Shown piece by piece: positions 11,758 through 25,000 of a stretch of 64,000 bases of DNA. The stretch is from Lama guanicoe (Eukaryota), in NCBI GenBank assembly GCA_013239625.1, contig MU053792.1:197618-261617 (forward strand). Direction: 5' to 3'. Position 1 is the first letter of the stretch. Each line of letters opens with the position of its first letter. A model generated the notes under the pieces. The model was given only the letters and a program-made list of their open reading frames with translations, was not told the DNA's origin and did not search any database. Position numbers and translations under genes: made by a program.

Positions 11758-14700
11758 ATTTTTATTTTATGTATATACACATACGTGTGTGTGTGTGTAT
11801 ACCACTCTTCTTTATTAAACATCTGTTGATGAACATTTAGGCTGTCTCCATGTATTGGCTGTTGTAAATAGTGCTACTATGAACATTGGGGTGCAGGTGT
11901 TTTTTGAATTAGAGTCTCCTCTGAATGTGTGCCCAAGAGTGGGATTTCTGGATCATAGGATAAGTCTATTTTTAGTTTTTTAGGAAATCTCCAAACTATG
12001 TTTTCCATAATGGCTGCACCAAACTGTAGTCCCACCAGCAGTGTAGGAGGGTTCCCTTTTCTCCACAGCTTCTCCAGCATTTATCCTTTGTGGACTTTTG
12101 AATGACGGCCATTCTGACTGGTGTGAGGTGATACCTCATTGTAGTTTTGATTTGCATTTCTCTGATAATTAGCAATATCGAGCATCTTTTCATGTGCCTG
12201 TTGGACGTTTGTATATCTTCATTGCAAAGATTTTTTTAGGTCTTCTGCAATTTTTTGATTGGGTTGTTTGTTTTCTGTGATTGAGTTGGATGATCTGTTT
12301 GTGTATCCTGGAAATTAAGCCCTTGTCAGTAGCATCTTTTGTAAATATTTTTTCCAGTTTTGTAGATTCTTGTTTTGTTTTACGTATGGTTTCCTTTGCT
12401 GTGCAAAAACTTATAAATTTAACTAGGTTCTATTTGTTTATTTTTGCTTTTATTCCTATTGCCTGGGTAGACTGCCCTAGGAGAACATTGCTAAGATTTA
12501 TGTCAGATAATGTTTTGCCTATGTTTTCTTCTAGGAAGTTTATAGTGTCTTGTCTTACATTTAAGTCTTTAAGCCATTTAAAAAATTTTGTGTATGTTTT
12601 GAGGGAGTGGTCTGACTTCATTGATGTATATATAGCTATCCAGTTTTGTCAACACCAATTGCTGAAGAGGCTGTCTTTTCTCTATTGTATATTCTCTCTC
12701 CTTTGTCAAAGATTAATTGGCTGTAGGTGTGTGGCTGTATTTCTGGGCTCTCTGTTTTGTTCCATTCATCCATATGTTTGTTTTTGTGCCAATACTAAGC
12801 CGTTCTGCTTATCATAGCTCTGTAGTATTGTCTGAAGTCTGGGAGGGCTAATTACTCCAGCTTTGTTCCTTTTCCTCAGTATTGACTTGGGTCTTTTGGG
12901 ATTCCATATACATTTTAAGATTATTTCTTCTAGTTTGTGAAAAACATGATGGCAATTTGATAAAGTTTGCATTAAATCTGTAGATTGCTTTGGGTAGTAC
13001 AGCCATTTTAACAATATTAATTCTTCCAATTTAAGAGTCATGGGATATGTTTCCCTTTTTTTAAATCATTTTTAATTTTTTTAATCAGTGTTTTACAGTT
13101 CTCCCCATATGACTTTCACCTCCTTGGTAAAGGTTTATTCTTAAGTATTTTATTTTTTGATGTGATTTTAAAAGGATTTTTTTTTGGTAGTTTCTTTTTC
13201 TTATATTTCGTTGTTAGTGTAAAGAAATGCAGCAGATTCCTGTATGTTAATCTTGTCTCCTGCTCTCTTACTGAATTGGTTTGTTAGCTCTAGTGGTTTT
13301 TGTGTAGAGTCTTTAGAGTTGTCTATAAATATATATATATATACAGAATTATGTCATCTGTTTATAGTGACAATTTTACTTCTCTTCCAACTTGGATCCA
13401 TTTTATTCCTTTTTCTTATCTGATTGCTTTATCTAGGACTTCCAGTACTATGTTGAATAGAAGTGATGATTGTAGGCATCGTTGCTCCAGATTTCAGTGG
13501 GAAGGCTGTCAACTTTTCATCATTGGGTATTATGTTCACTGTGAGTTTGTCATAAATAGCTTTTATTATGTTGAGAAATGTTCCCTTTATAACCCATTTT
13601 GACAAGAGTTTTTATCATAAATGGGTGTTAAGTTTTATCAAAAGCTTTTTCTGCATCAGTTGAGATGATCATGTGATTTTTGTCCTTTCTCATGTTGATG
13701 TGGTGTATCACATTGATTGACTTACATATGTTGAGCCATCCTTGTGTCCCTGGGATGAATCCAACTTGATCATGGTGTACAATCTTTTTTATATACTGTT
13801 AGATTCTGTTTCCTAATATTTTGTTGAGAATTTTTGCATCTGTGTTTATCAGTGATATTGACCTGTAAATTTATTTTTTGGTAGTTTTATTGTCAGATTT
13901 TGGTATCAGAGTGATTGTGGCTTCATAGGATGAGTTTGTGAGTGTTCCCTTCTCTTCAACTTTTTTGTAAGTTTGAGAAGTTTTGGTATAAGTTCTTCCT
14001 TGTATGTTTACTCAAATTCCCCAATGAAGCCATCTGGCTCTGGACATTTTTTTGCAGGGAGGTTTTTTATTGCTGATTCTGTTTCACTTCTAGTGATTGG
14101 TCTGTTTAGATGATCTATTTCTTCTTGATTCAGTTTTTGGGGGATTGTATGTTTCTAGAAACTTGTGTATTTCTTCTAGATTGTCCAGTTCATTGCCGTG
14201 TAGTTGTTCATAGTATGGTTTGTTGTATTTCTGTGTTGTTGGCTGTAATTTCTCTACTTTCACATCTTGTCTTGTTTATTTGTATCCTTTCCCTTTTCTT
14301 CTTGGTAATCCTGACCAGAGGTTTGTTGATTTTGTTTACTCTTTCAAAAAAATAGCTTTTGGTTTTTGATTGATTTTTCTATTGTTATGTAAATCTCTGT
14401 TTTACTTATTTCTTCCCTCATTTTTATTATTTCTTTCCTTCTGCTGACTTTAGAGTTTTCTTAAATCTTCTTTTCCTAATTGTTTTAAATAGTAGTTTAG
14501 GTTGTTTATTGAGATTGCTCTTATTTTGTGAGGAAGGCCTGGATCACCATAAACTTTCCTCTTAGGACTGCTTGTGCTGCATCCTCTAAATTTTATGTGG
14601 TTGTACTTTCATTGTAATTTGTCTCAAGGTAATTATTTTTAATTTATCCTTTGATTTCATTATTGACTCATTGGTTTTTTAGCCTGTTTTTAGGCTCCAT

Positions 14701-17700
14701 GCAGTCATTTTGTTTGTTTGTTTGTTAGTCTTTTCTCATTTGTTTTTTTGTAGTTGATTTCTAGCTTCATGCCCTTGTGATCAGAAAAGATGCTTGAAAT
14801 ATTTTCTACCCCCTTAATTTTGTAGAGGCTTGTTTTGCATCCAAATATATTGTCTGTCTTAGAGACTATCCCCTGTGCACTTGAAAAGAATATATATTCT
14901 GGTTTTTTTTTTTTGAATAATGTCCTGAAAATATCAATTAAGTCTAAGTGTCCTGTGTCATGTAGTATCTCTGTTATTTTGTTGATTTTCTGTCTGGAAG
15001 ATCTGTCCAATGATGTTAGTGGAGTTTTAAAGTCTTTAATATTATTGTGTTCCCTTTAATTTCTCCCTATTAGTGTTTATTTCATGTATTTAGGTGCTCA
15101 TTTAATTGGTTCATATATGTTAATGAACATAATATCCTCTTCTTGTATTACTCCATTTATTATTATATAGTGTCCTTCTTTATCTTCCTTTATGACCCTT
15201 ATTTTAAAGTTTATTTGTTCTGTTATAAGTACTGCTACCTCTGCTTTCTTGTCATTTCCATTTGCATGAAATATCCTTTTCCATCCTTTCACTTGTAATC
15301 TATGTGTGTCCTTTGCCTTTAAGTGGGTCTCTTGTAGGCAGCATATTGTAGGCTCTTGTTTTAGTATCTAATCCTCCACTCTGTCTTTTAATTGGAGCAT
15401 TAATTCCATTGACATTTATGGTAATTATTGATAGATGTGTGTTTATTGTCATTTCTAACCTTATTTTCTAGTTGATTTCATATTTCTTCTTTGTTCCTTT
15501 GTTTTCCTTTTCCTTTTTTATTTTTTCTTTTGTGCTTACATAATTTTCTTTTGTATTCACTTGCTTTCTTTTCTTTTTGGTTTTTGTGACTCTACTGCAT
15601 GTTTTTGATTTGTGCTTACAGTGTTTTTCATGTATGTTAACTCTTTACCATGTGTATTCCCTTTAGACTGGTAATCATATAAGCTCAAATACATCCTAAA
15701 AAGGATGAAAATAAATCTACACTTTCTTACTCTCCTCTCCTACATTTTATGATTTTGATGTCCTCTTTTACATCTTCATGTTTATTCTTTTGCAGCTCAT
15801 TGTAATTATCACATTTCCAATTGTGTGGTTTTTTTTTTCTTTTCTATAGATTCCTGCTTTTTTTCTATTTAGAGACTATCTTTCAACATTTCTTTTAGGA
15901 TAGGTTTAGTATTGATACTTTCTTTTAGTTTTTGCTTGTTTGAGAAATTCTTTATCTCTCCTTCTATTCTAAATGACAGTATGGCTGGGTAAAATATCCT
16001 AGGATGCAAGTTGTTTTTCTCTTTCATGACTTTAAATATATCTTGCCGCTCCTTTCTGGCCAGCATCATTCCTGTAGAGAATTCATCTGATAGCCTTATG
16101 GGAGTTCTCTTGGAACACACTGCTTTGCTTCTGCTTCCTTTAGAATCTTTTTTTATCTCTAAATTGGACATCTTAATTAGAATAATATATCCTGGTGCAG
16201 ATGTGTTTGGGTTCATCTTGTTTGGGACCTTCTACACTTCCTGTATTTGGATATCTGTTTCCTTCTACAAGTTTTGGATGTTTTCAGTCATAATTTATTC
16301 AAATATATTTTTGATCCCATTTTCAACTTCCTCTTCTGCAACTCCTATTATTATTTTTAGATTGTCATACTTTATATTATCCCATAGGTCCTTACATTAT
16401 TTTAATATTTTTCATTTGTTTTCCTGCTGTTCTGATTGGGTCATTTCCATTATTCTATCTTCTAAAGCACTCATTCTTTCTTCTGCATAATTAAATCTGC
16501 TATGAATTTCCTCTACCTTGTTTTTTATCTCAGCAATTGAGTTTTCCATTTTTAATTGGCCCCTCTTTATAATTTCTATTTCCTTTTTATAGTATTTGAT
16601 ATTTCTATTGATCACCTCTTATTTTCCTCAGTTTTTTATCTTTTCCTTTTTGAACTTAAGTTCTGGTAGAATCTAGAAGTCTATTTAATTGTTCATTTTT
16701 TAGGGGACTTCTTTGTTCTTTTAATTTTGAGTTGTTCCTCAGCCTCTTCATTTCATTTATATTTCTCTAAATCTGTGAATTTAAGAGTAACTTGCATCTA
16801 CTTGAAGGGCAGTTTTGATGTCTAAATGTCCCTTTGTCAACTGTGTGCACCTAAAAATTTTGTTGCAAGGGCTGGTTTTAGTATGGCTGGCTGCTACGTC
16901 TTTCTCCTGTATGTGCTGACTATTATTCTCTTGATTGGGAGTGTGTTTGGTTTTGTGGTGACTGGAGTCTTCCCTGAATGTTGAGTGAGACCTCCTGTTT
17001 GCTCTGTGGTTATCACAGCCCTGTCCAGGCTCATGTCTGCACCCCTGTGTTGGAATAGGTGCCCCTAGCTCCATTTCTGAGCTGTGATGTGTGATGGGTG
17101 GGACTGGATAGCTTCCGCTAGGAAAGGAGCTGCGGAGTCTTCCTCCACAGCCAATGTCCACTGGGAAGTGCCCTCTGTGGTGCCACCTGTCACTCATTGT
17201 GCTAGCTTACAAAGCAGTTTGTTGATGCTGCCTTTTCCCAGTCACAGCTGTGGGAATGCTGGCATCTTGCCCTTTGGTCACCAGGCTCCACACCGACAAA
17301 GCCAACAGTGTAGGTCCACAGACCTCAGGGACCAGGACCAGCCATAGTGCCTGTGCCATCATGTGCCATGATCCACTCTGGGCCACAAGGTCAACCCTGT
17401 GCCCAGCCCCACATCCGCATGTGCACACCTGCCGCTACACAACTCCTGACCCCACCATGCACCAGTACTATTCTTGGATGTCCCAGTCCACCAAGGCACC
17501 AGTGGAGCAAGTCCACCACAGTTGCCTGGGTCTTGACCAAATTCTCGTCCCACCTGTGAAGTCATGCAATTCCTGAGAATGGGTTCAGATTTCAGCCCCG
17601 CCTTTGCCTGGGATCCTCCCACCAGTGAATATGCCCCAGCAGAGCAAGCTGAGAAGACTGCTGTGTCTGGATCTGGCCCCTCCCTCTGCAAGATGACATG

Positions 17701-18685
17701 AGTGATGAGCAATATCTGGGCTAACAGAGAAGTCCGCTGTGGTCAGCCACCTTTCACCCAGCCCCAGGAGCATGCCAGGAGTGGAGATTTCTATGGTAGA
17801 CTCAGGTTATTTTATGCACACTCCCAACCTCAGCCTGTACTACACTCCCTGAGGCTGCCTCTGCACAGTCAACCCGAGTTGACTGGGGCTTTACTCAAAT
17901 CTCAGTCCCATCTGCAAAGCTGTGCTATCCCTGGGGATGTGTTCGTGTTTTAGCCCCTCCTCCTCCTCCTGGAAGCTGTCTGTCAGCCACTGTGCTCCTC
18001 CAGGGCAAGCCCAGAAGTCTGTTATGCCTGGATCCCACCCTTTCCTCCACAAGAGTGCTTTAAGAATGGTGCAATATCCTCTGGGCTAGTAGAGAAGGTG
18101 GCTATGGCCAGGCTGCATTGTGGCCCTCCCTCCTCGTGCACCAACAGTGAAGCTTTCTAAGGTAGACCCAGGCTCTTCTGCAAACACTCCAGCCCCCTGA
18201 GGATGCTTCTGCACAGTCAACCCCAGTCCTCTCCCCAAGTCCATCCTCTGAAGCCCCAGCTCCAGCACCCAGTCCCGGCCTGCACCAGCCAGCTCGCGTT
18301 GTGGGCTAGGAATTGCACATGACCTCTATTCCAGTGCCTCTCTGTTCCCTCTGCCCAGAGGCTGCTGCTTCCTCCTCCGAATCTCTGAAGCCTCCTTTCT
18401 GATCCAGCTGACCACCCCACAGGAGAGGGGGCTTCCAAGGGCGAGGGCACTTTTCCTCCTCCCTGTTCCCTCCCCAGGTGGCAGGTCCAGCCCAGATTTC
18501 CTTGCGATTTTTTTGCCTTCTCCCTGGTTTCGTGACTATTTCCCCGGCAGTTCCAATTGTACGAGTTATTCTGCCAAAGTTCCGTAGGTATACTGTGAGA
18601 ACTGTTCCACATGTAGATGGAGTTTTGATGTATTCATGGGAGAGAGTGAGCTTTGCTTTATTTTCAGCCATTTTGAACCTCCTCT
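11050..18685 (-). mobile_element. Near-full-length degenerate LINE-1 (GC-rich 5' UTR ~16800-18685, ORF1 ~15870-16790, ORF2 ~11880-15480, 3' UTR)
   Basis: Fragmented ORF1 (PIRLSDEFS, LSFRIEGEIKNFSNKQKL) and ORF2 endonuclease/RT/C-terminal peptides in the ORF track; L1-type start gaggaggttcaaaatggc at ~18685. Confidence 0.92.
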
Positions 18686-18856
18686 GTATTTTTGGATCTT
18701 TGTGCTGTGCCTCGTGTTTCCATGCGGACAAGCAAAGTCCAGAAAAATAAACATCATAAATCTTTGTAATGTTAGTTAACCCTTACAATTAAAAATTCAA
18801 CTAACCCTTACAATTTAAAAGGCATACAATTTCAGTCTCTCCTTTCTTTGGAGAAG

Positions 18857-19372
18857 CAATGCAGTGCAGTGGTTAATAATGCAGATTCCAGAGCAGGTAA
18901 GGTTGCATTCAAATCCTGGTGTGGTCATCTATTAACTGTGTGACTTTGGACACATCACTTTAGCTCCATTTCCTTTTGTTTCTCCTCTTTCCATGAGCAT
19001 TAGCCCTTGTAGGGCTGGTGTGAGCCTGAAGCCACCAGGAGCCATTGTGGGGAACCTGATAACAGAGGCATCAAAGAGGACAACAAGATACATAAGAGAG
19101 ATTTCTGGTCAAGATGGAGGGGTGGTAGGACCACGAGCGTCCCTCTCCTCAGGACTATAACAAATCCACAACTGAATGCTAAACAACCATCGAAAAAGAC
19201 TAGAACCTACTTCCTTTTGTCTCATTATCTGTAAAATGGGGATATTAATAGTAATTACATGGCTTTTGTGAGGTTTAAAGTAGTTATTTATATATAAAAA
19301 AACCCTTAAAATAATCAAAATCTTAAAAATAATCCTGACATACAGTAATAAGTATTAACTATTATTGTTTAT
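18857..19372 (+). mobile_element. MIR interrupted by a 231-bp insert
   Basis: cagtggttaa...ttcaaatcctgg...tgtgtgactttggac and atctgtaaaatgggga MIR core halves. Confidence 0.65.
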
Positions 19373-20124
19373 GTTTGACAACTAGAACATCTTTAATTTT
19401 TTTAATTCAGTTCAGTGTGCACTAAAATATTTATTCAGCATTCTGCGTGTATGTAGCAAAAGTGGTACATCCCCTTACTTCGTAGCTCAGGTGTGTATGT
19501 TGGCAAAATTCCTTTACCAACATTCATCCTTCCAGAAATTTTAACATTCATTCTTCCAGTGCTGACACTCCCCATCCTCTCTGTTGTGCTTTTTCTAATG
19601 ACATTTTTATTTATATACAAATACACTCAGGTTACACCATCTTAAACCAAAATCTCAATTTATTTCAAACAATAACCAAGTGTTTGTTAAGTAATACAAT
19701 TTTGCTGAAGCTTGGAAATCTAAAAAGAGATAATCAGCAAGAAAGTGAATTAACTTATAGGCAAGAAGAAAGAAAGATACATAGGTACAATTTGCTAAAA
19801 TCATAATAACTTGCTGAAGAAATGAGTTCATTATGATTTGGGCTAAAGGATAAATTAGAAAGCTTCTTCTGGACCATTCTAGAGTCAGGATTTGATGGAT
19901 GTGCAAAAAAGAAGCTGACCAGTTTATAGTTCTCATATCCAGATGGGCACCAACTTTTTTCACTCTGTTGCTGACACCAAATCATGGTCAGTTTCCTTCA
20001 CTCAATAAAGTGCAAATATGATATGAGTCATAAAGCTAGAAAATCCAGTTTACTTCTTCCACTTCATTTCCACTCATCTGCCATTTGAGTTGAAATTCTA
20101 TTCTGTCTTAGAAGACCCCCAAAA

Positions 20125-20237
20125 CACAGTTCACTTGTTTTCATTTTTACTGAAAGCCAGAAGTTAAACATGTGTAATGTACTGGTAATAAATGGTGCTT
20201 CTTGAAGTTGATAAAGGGCCAGACTGCCTGTGATTTT
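20125..20237 (-). terminator. CASP4: CASP4 non-coding last exon with variant polyA signal AGTAAA (20146-20151)
   Basis: Acceptor tcctcttctgcag| then ...ATCAACTTCAAGAAGCACC..., which resembles the human CASP4 3' UTR as recalled; 3' end approximate. Confidence 0.7.
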
Positions 20238-20329
20238 CTGCAGAAGAGGAAAAGAACAGAAAGTTAAAGTAGTAATCTCTGGTAGCTTTCAATCCGTACC
20301 TTATCATGATGCTTCTTTGATCTTATTCT

Positions 20330-21030
20330 GTACACTTTTGCTGTTTCCCTTGGCATCTATGTCTTAACCTTTATACTCTATTCACCAAAAAGTACTCAGA
20401 GGGATCTTTGCAAAATCTGCATTAGATTCTGTCATTTCTCTGTTTAAAAGCATTTGAAGGATTTCCTACATGACTCAGGATAAAATATTTTAAAACATTT
20501 GCCTTTTGATCACCACGGCTCATGTGATCAAGCTTCCCACCATTTTTCTGAATGTTACTCTGCCATGTTCCCCACTCTCATTCTCCTTCAGCTCACTGCC
20601 TTCTTGCAGTTCTTTAAACATCTTAAACACATTTCTTCCTCAGGGCATTTGCACGTCCTGTCTCCTGTGCTGAGATACTTTTCCTGCATAGAATCACAGG
20701 CTCACTCTCCTGCTCTGCCTGTTCTCTGTTCTGGTTTCATCATTTCATCACTGTAAAACAGCCTTTCCTGAATAATGTATCTATAACAATACAGTATCCA
20801 CCTTTTTGTGTCCCTTTGGCCTTTTTTTAAATTTTTTTCCTTAACTCTTACCACTCTCTGACATATAATATATTTACTTGTTGTGTATTTAGAGTCTGTC
20901 TTCACTCTCTAGAGTATGAGCTTTCTGAGAGCAAGGATTCCATTAATTTTGTTCATTGGCATATTCCAAGTATCTAGAATAGAACCTGGAACATACAAAG
21001 TGCTTGATAAATATTAGTCAAATAAATAAT
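20330..21030 (+). mobile_element. L2 3' relic
   Basis: ctcagggcatttgcac...ctagagtatgagctttctgagagcaagg...ctggaacatacaaagtgcttgataaatatt. Confidence 0.6.
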
Positions 21031-21982
21031 TCAATCCCTAAATATGGGTCTATTGGACGAATTAGGCACTAAAAGCTGTTCTTTTGAAGTATCTTTGCAC
21101 TTATGCAACCAAGGTGTCAGAAACCAGGCGTAGCAGATGGTGGGTACATATTTAAAGTATTGAGATAGAGTTTACTATGATGTACAATTTAATTATGCTT
21201 CTGAGAGGGAAATTCACAATATTCTTATAAGATTGTGTGATATAAAGCTGTTACAAGTGAGTCAAGTAATTGTTGGGTCAAATCTTGACATACTCATTCT
21301 AAAATATTTTGACCAAAAAGTTGTTTAAATGTTAACATGGGTGATTGAAAAGGTTTCTGGGTGGTAATTAAGAATCTGAGAACTGACACTGAATGTTCTG
21401 TGGTCTACACTGTGAGAAGAGTCAGAGAACCAGAGTTAGCACTGACACAAAACTTGCAACCCAGGGTGTGTTTGATATTGTATGGTAATGGTAGTCAGTG
21501 TCAGTAATGTGACACCTGTACTAAGAGGACCGCAGTCCTGCTTTCTCCGGAGTCATCTTCTCTGGTTTCTGTATTTTTAGGATCTGAGGCAATATTTGGT
21601 AACTCAGTGTGTGTGAGAGAGAGAGAGAGAGAGAAAGAGAGATGAATACAAGTAATAAGAGAAGTCTGAGTACCTCTCTATTTTAATAGCTGCTACCCTT
21701 GTCCTTCATTGCTTATTACTTCCTATCTTGGTTTGGCTTGCCTGACTGATTGATTGATTGACTGATTGATAATTATGGAGAAGGAGAGATATCCAAATGC
21801 ATATAAGTAGAGTAAAAAATAGCAGCTAATCACCCAACTACATCAACAAGGAACACAAATCTGACCATGCGAGAAATGGGCTGTCATTGGCCATTGGACC
21901 TCAGACCTCATCCTTAATATATATTATATTAAATCTCCCATTTATTTTACCTGCCAGCAACAACGTTTGATACTTACTATTT

Positions 21983-22081
21983 TCAATTGCCAGGAAAGAG
22001 GTAGAAATATCTTGTCATAGACAGTCGTTCAATGGTGGGCATCTGGGCTTTAACATTCGGTTTTTCAAATGACTGTTGTAC
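21983..22081 (-). CDS. CASP4: CASP4 exon 8 (to stop)
   Basis: [32 protein letters not shown]; a gtaagt donor follows 5 nt after TGA. Confidence 0.96.
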   Translation of the reverse strand, partial: VQQSFEKPNVKAQMPTIERLSMTRYFYLFPGN

Positions 22082-25000
22082 CTAGAGACAAAAAGAGGTT
22101 CTGGATGACACATACTTCGTATGCACTCTCAGGAAACGTTCTGCACAATGAGCCAGAAAATTTTTGGAATGAAAGATGTTCCTAATATTGATGGAACCAA
22201 GCTCATGGACGTTCTAACTCCCTGTCACTGCCACCTTACCTATTAGAAGTGACACTGAATGTCAGAATATGTTCTTTATCTCAGAATGGATGCACTTTAT
22301 GCCTAATCCAATCTTTTCCAACTGCATTTCCTCTACTTTCCATATCTGATGACTGATTATCCATTGGTGTCCATTCTTGATAACTGGACCTCAAAGATTC
22401 TCTCTCTTCGACCTCCAGCAAGGCTTACTTGTCAACTCAAAAAGGCTTAAGCCCCAGGATTTTGTCCTTAAGGCCTGAACAATGAACAATTTTCACATCC
22501 CCACCACCATGCTGACCTTGGAAATCTTTTGCCATAGACTGATCAGTAAGATCCTACTTACCCTAGATCCACTGTTTCCAATATTTTCCTAAGAATTCCC
22601 TTGAAATTACAATGTCTAAATACTATTTATCCAATAGGACTAAGTTCCTACTCACAGAGACCCTGACTTCTGTTACAGTGTAATCTTCTCCAACTCACTT
22701 AAGGTACATCCCTCCTTTCCCACGGGAGTGCTACTCTTCTCTATGGGTTTAGTTTAAGAATAAACACCCTTCCCCACGTTCTTAATACTAATCCCCTCCT
22801 CTCTAAAAAAGAGAGAGGGCATCTACCCATTCATTCATGCATTGACTTAGTCAATGAATATTAATTCCCATGTGGCGGCATATTGTGGTGTTGAACAAAT
22901 CCCTGCTTCATGAAACTTGCATTCAAGTGAGTAAATGCAGGTAAAAAACAAACAAACAGAGTATATATTGGGTGGGTGGTGGTAAAAGCCATGGAGGAAG
23001 ATGAACTAGGAAGGAAGGGGGAGGTAAGGGATGTCCTGAGTTGGGGCAGGAGAAGCAAGTCTTTCCTTCTGGACCACTCCATTCAAAACATGTTTTCTCC
23101 TGTATCCTCTTGCACGTGTCCTGGGTCTTTTTCTTCATGGCTCCTATCACAATCTGCATCACACATTTTTTGTTGCTGTTGATCTACTTGTTCAGTATCC
23201 ATCTCTCACAAGCATGTTGGTTCTACACAGCCTTAGGTCACATATGTCTAATTTAACCCTGTGTGACTGGGATCAAAGCCATTACCAATAGACCACCCAA
23301 TATATATTTATTTCATAAATAAATCAATGAAACTTAATTCAAGATACTTCCAATTCTTTGAATTTTAAGGACTTATAGTCCATGACATACAAGTTCATAT
23401 GTTATAATATTTTGTTCTATTTTGATCTTCTGCTGTGGGGCATTGACATCATTTTTTTCTTCCTAAATCAGAATTTGAACACCTGTATTACAGAAACTGG
23501 GTACAACTCTTCTGTTTGCCTTACAAAGTCTGTTACTTTCACCTGAAAGGTGAATGATAGTAGAGCCATCCTGAACAAAGTAATTGATTAGAAGAGGAAA
23601 GAGAAGCTTACCTTCCTGAATACTTCCTCTAGGTGACAGCGCCAAGCGTATTTTTGGAAGCATGTGATGAGTCGTGTAATGAAGAGAGAACCCTTTGTGA
23701 TATCTCTCCAGGACACATTATCTATGAAGATAAGGAGTGATAAGCCTTGAGTTGTGGCCTTCACCATTATTTTTTCCACTTTTTTTTTTCTCTTTTTAAG
23801 CATAGCTTGGGAATTTTCTTGACATGTTTAGGGGAAGAATCTTCCATGAACTCAATTTCCATGAGAACGTTCCATGAACTAAAGGGGCAGCTCACCAAAA
23901 CTGCAGAACATTACATAGTGATTGCATTGTATTTTGGGGATTGACTTTCTAGTATGTCACTAATATTTATTCACTTTGCTCTGAAAGGAGGCTTGAGAGA
24001 TAACTGTAATTACCTCATTTTACAGAGGAAGGAATAGGAGCTCAGAAGGATTAAGAAATTCCCCATGTTCACACAAGCAGTTGTTTACAGATTGCATATC
24101 ATGCTGTCTTTTGCAACACAGTAAACAAAATAAAAGGACAGGTCTAGACTAAACTTTTGGAGGGGAGGAATGTATTTTTGGCATAGATAGTGGTAATGGT
24201 TTCACAGGTATGTACTTATCTCCAAACTCATTAACATATATATATATTAAAAACATACAGCTTTTTATATATTATTTATACCTTTATAAAGTGGTAAAAG
24301 GACTTAAAATAAAATTTGCAAGTTAGAAACACTCCAATGTAAGTCTTCTTAAGATGATTACCTAGAGGTCAAGGACTAAGCACTGCTCCCTGTTATCAGG
24401 TCTAATACCCCCGTTGTATCATTTTCTTCCTCTTTTTAAGAGCATCTCCCTTCTTGCTGACACTCTATGACACTACTCTAACTGGCATCCAGATAGGAAA
24501 TACGGTAAAAAAAGATGCCTTATAGATGACAATTTTTCAGAAAGAACAGTCAGTCCCTAGGTCCATACAAATTCTACTCAAAACCTTAAATGAAGTTAAC
24601 TGACAACTGATCATTTGTTTTTAACTATTGTGATGGTGAAGGGGTTTCCTTGTATTCAGTTGTTCTAATGTTTGCTATACCTTTGGCTCTAAAGTGCAAC
24701 CAACGTATAATCAAAGTCAATTTTTAAAAGTGGGAAGAAAAGTAGAATATTTTGATAGCACTCAAAATTGTTACTAAATTGTTGCTGCACTGAGACTATC
24801 TTGATTTTCCAGAATCAAGCAGGGGTAGCTTCAGACCCACAGATCACTGTCGGCAACTGAGAGACACACGTACGTGGGGTTGAGGAGCAGAAAGCAATGA
24901 AGTCCTTCTCCACATGCGTCTTGTAAACGGCATCTTCCTCCAGGTTGTCAAGAGGCTCTGAAGAGCTGTCTGTCAAGCATGCTGGAGGGGCGTCACTGAC

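Noticed and set aside
16781..18757. Dense cluster of overlapping ORFs
   Set aside because: This is the GC-rich L1 5' UTR; no recognisable protein.
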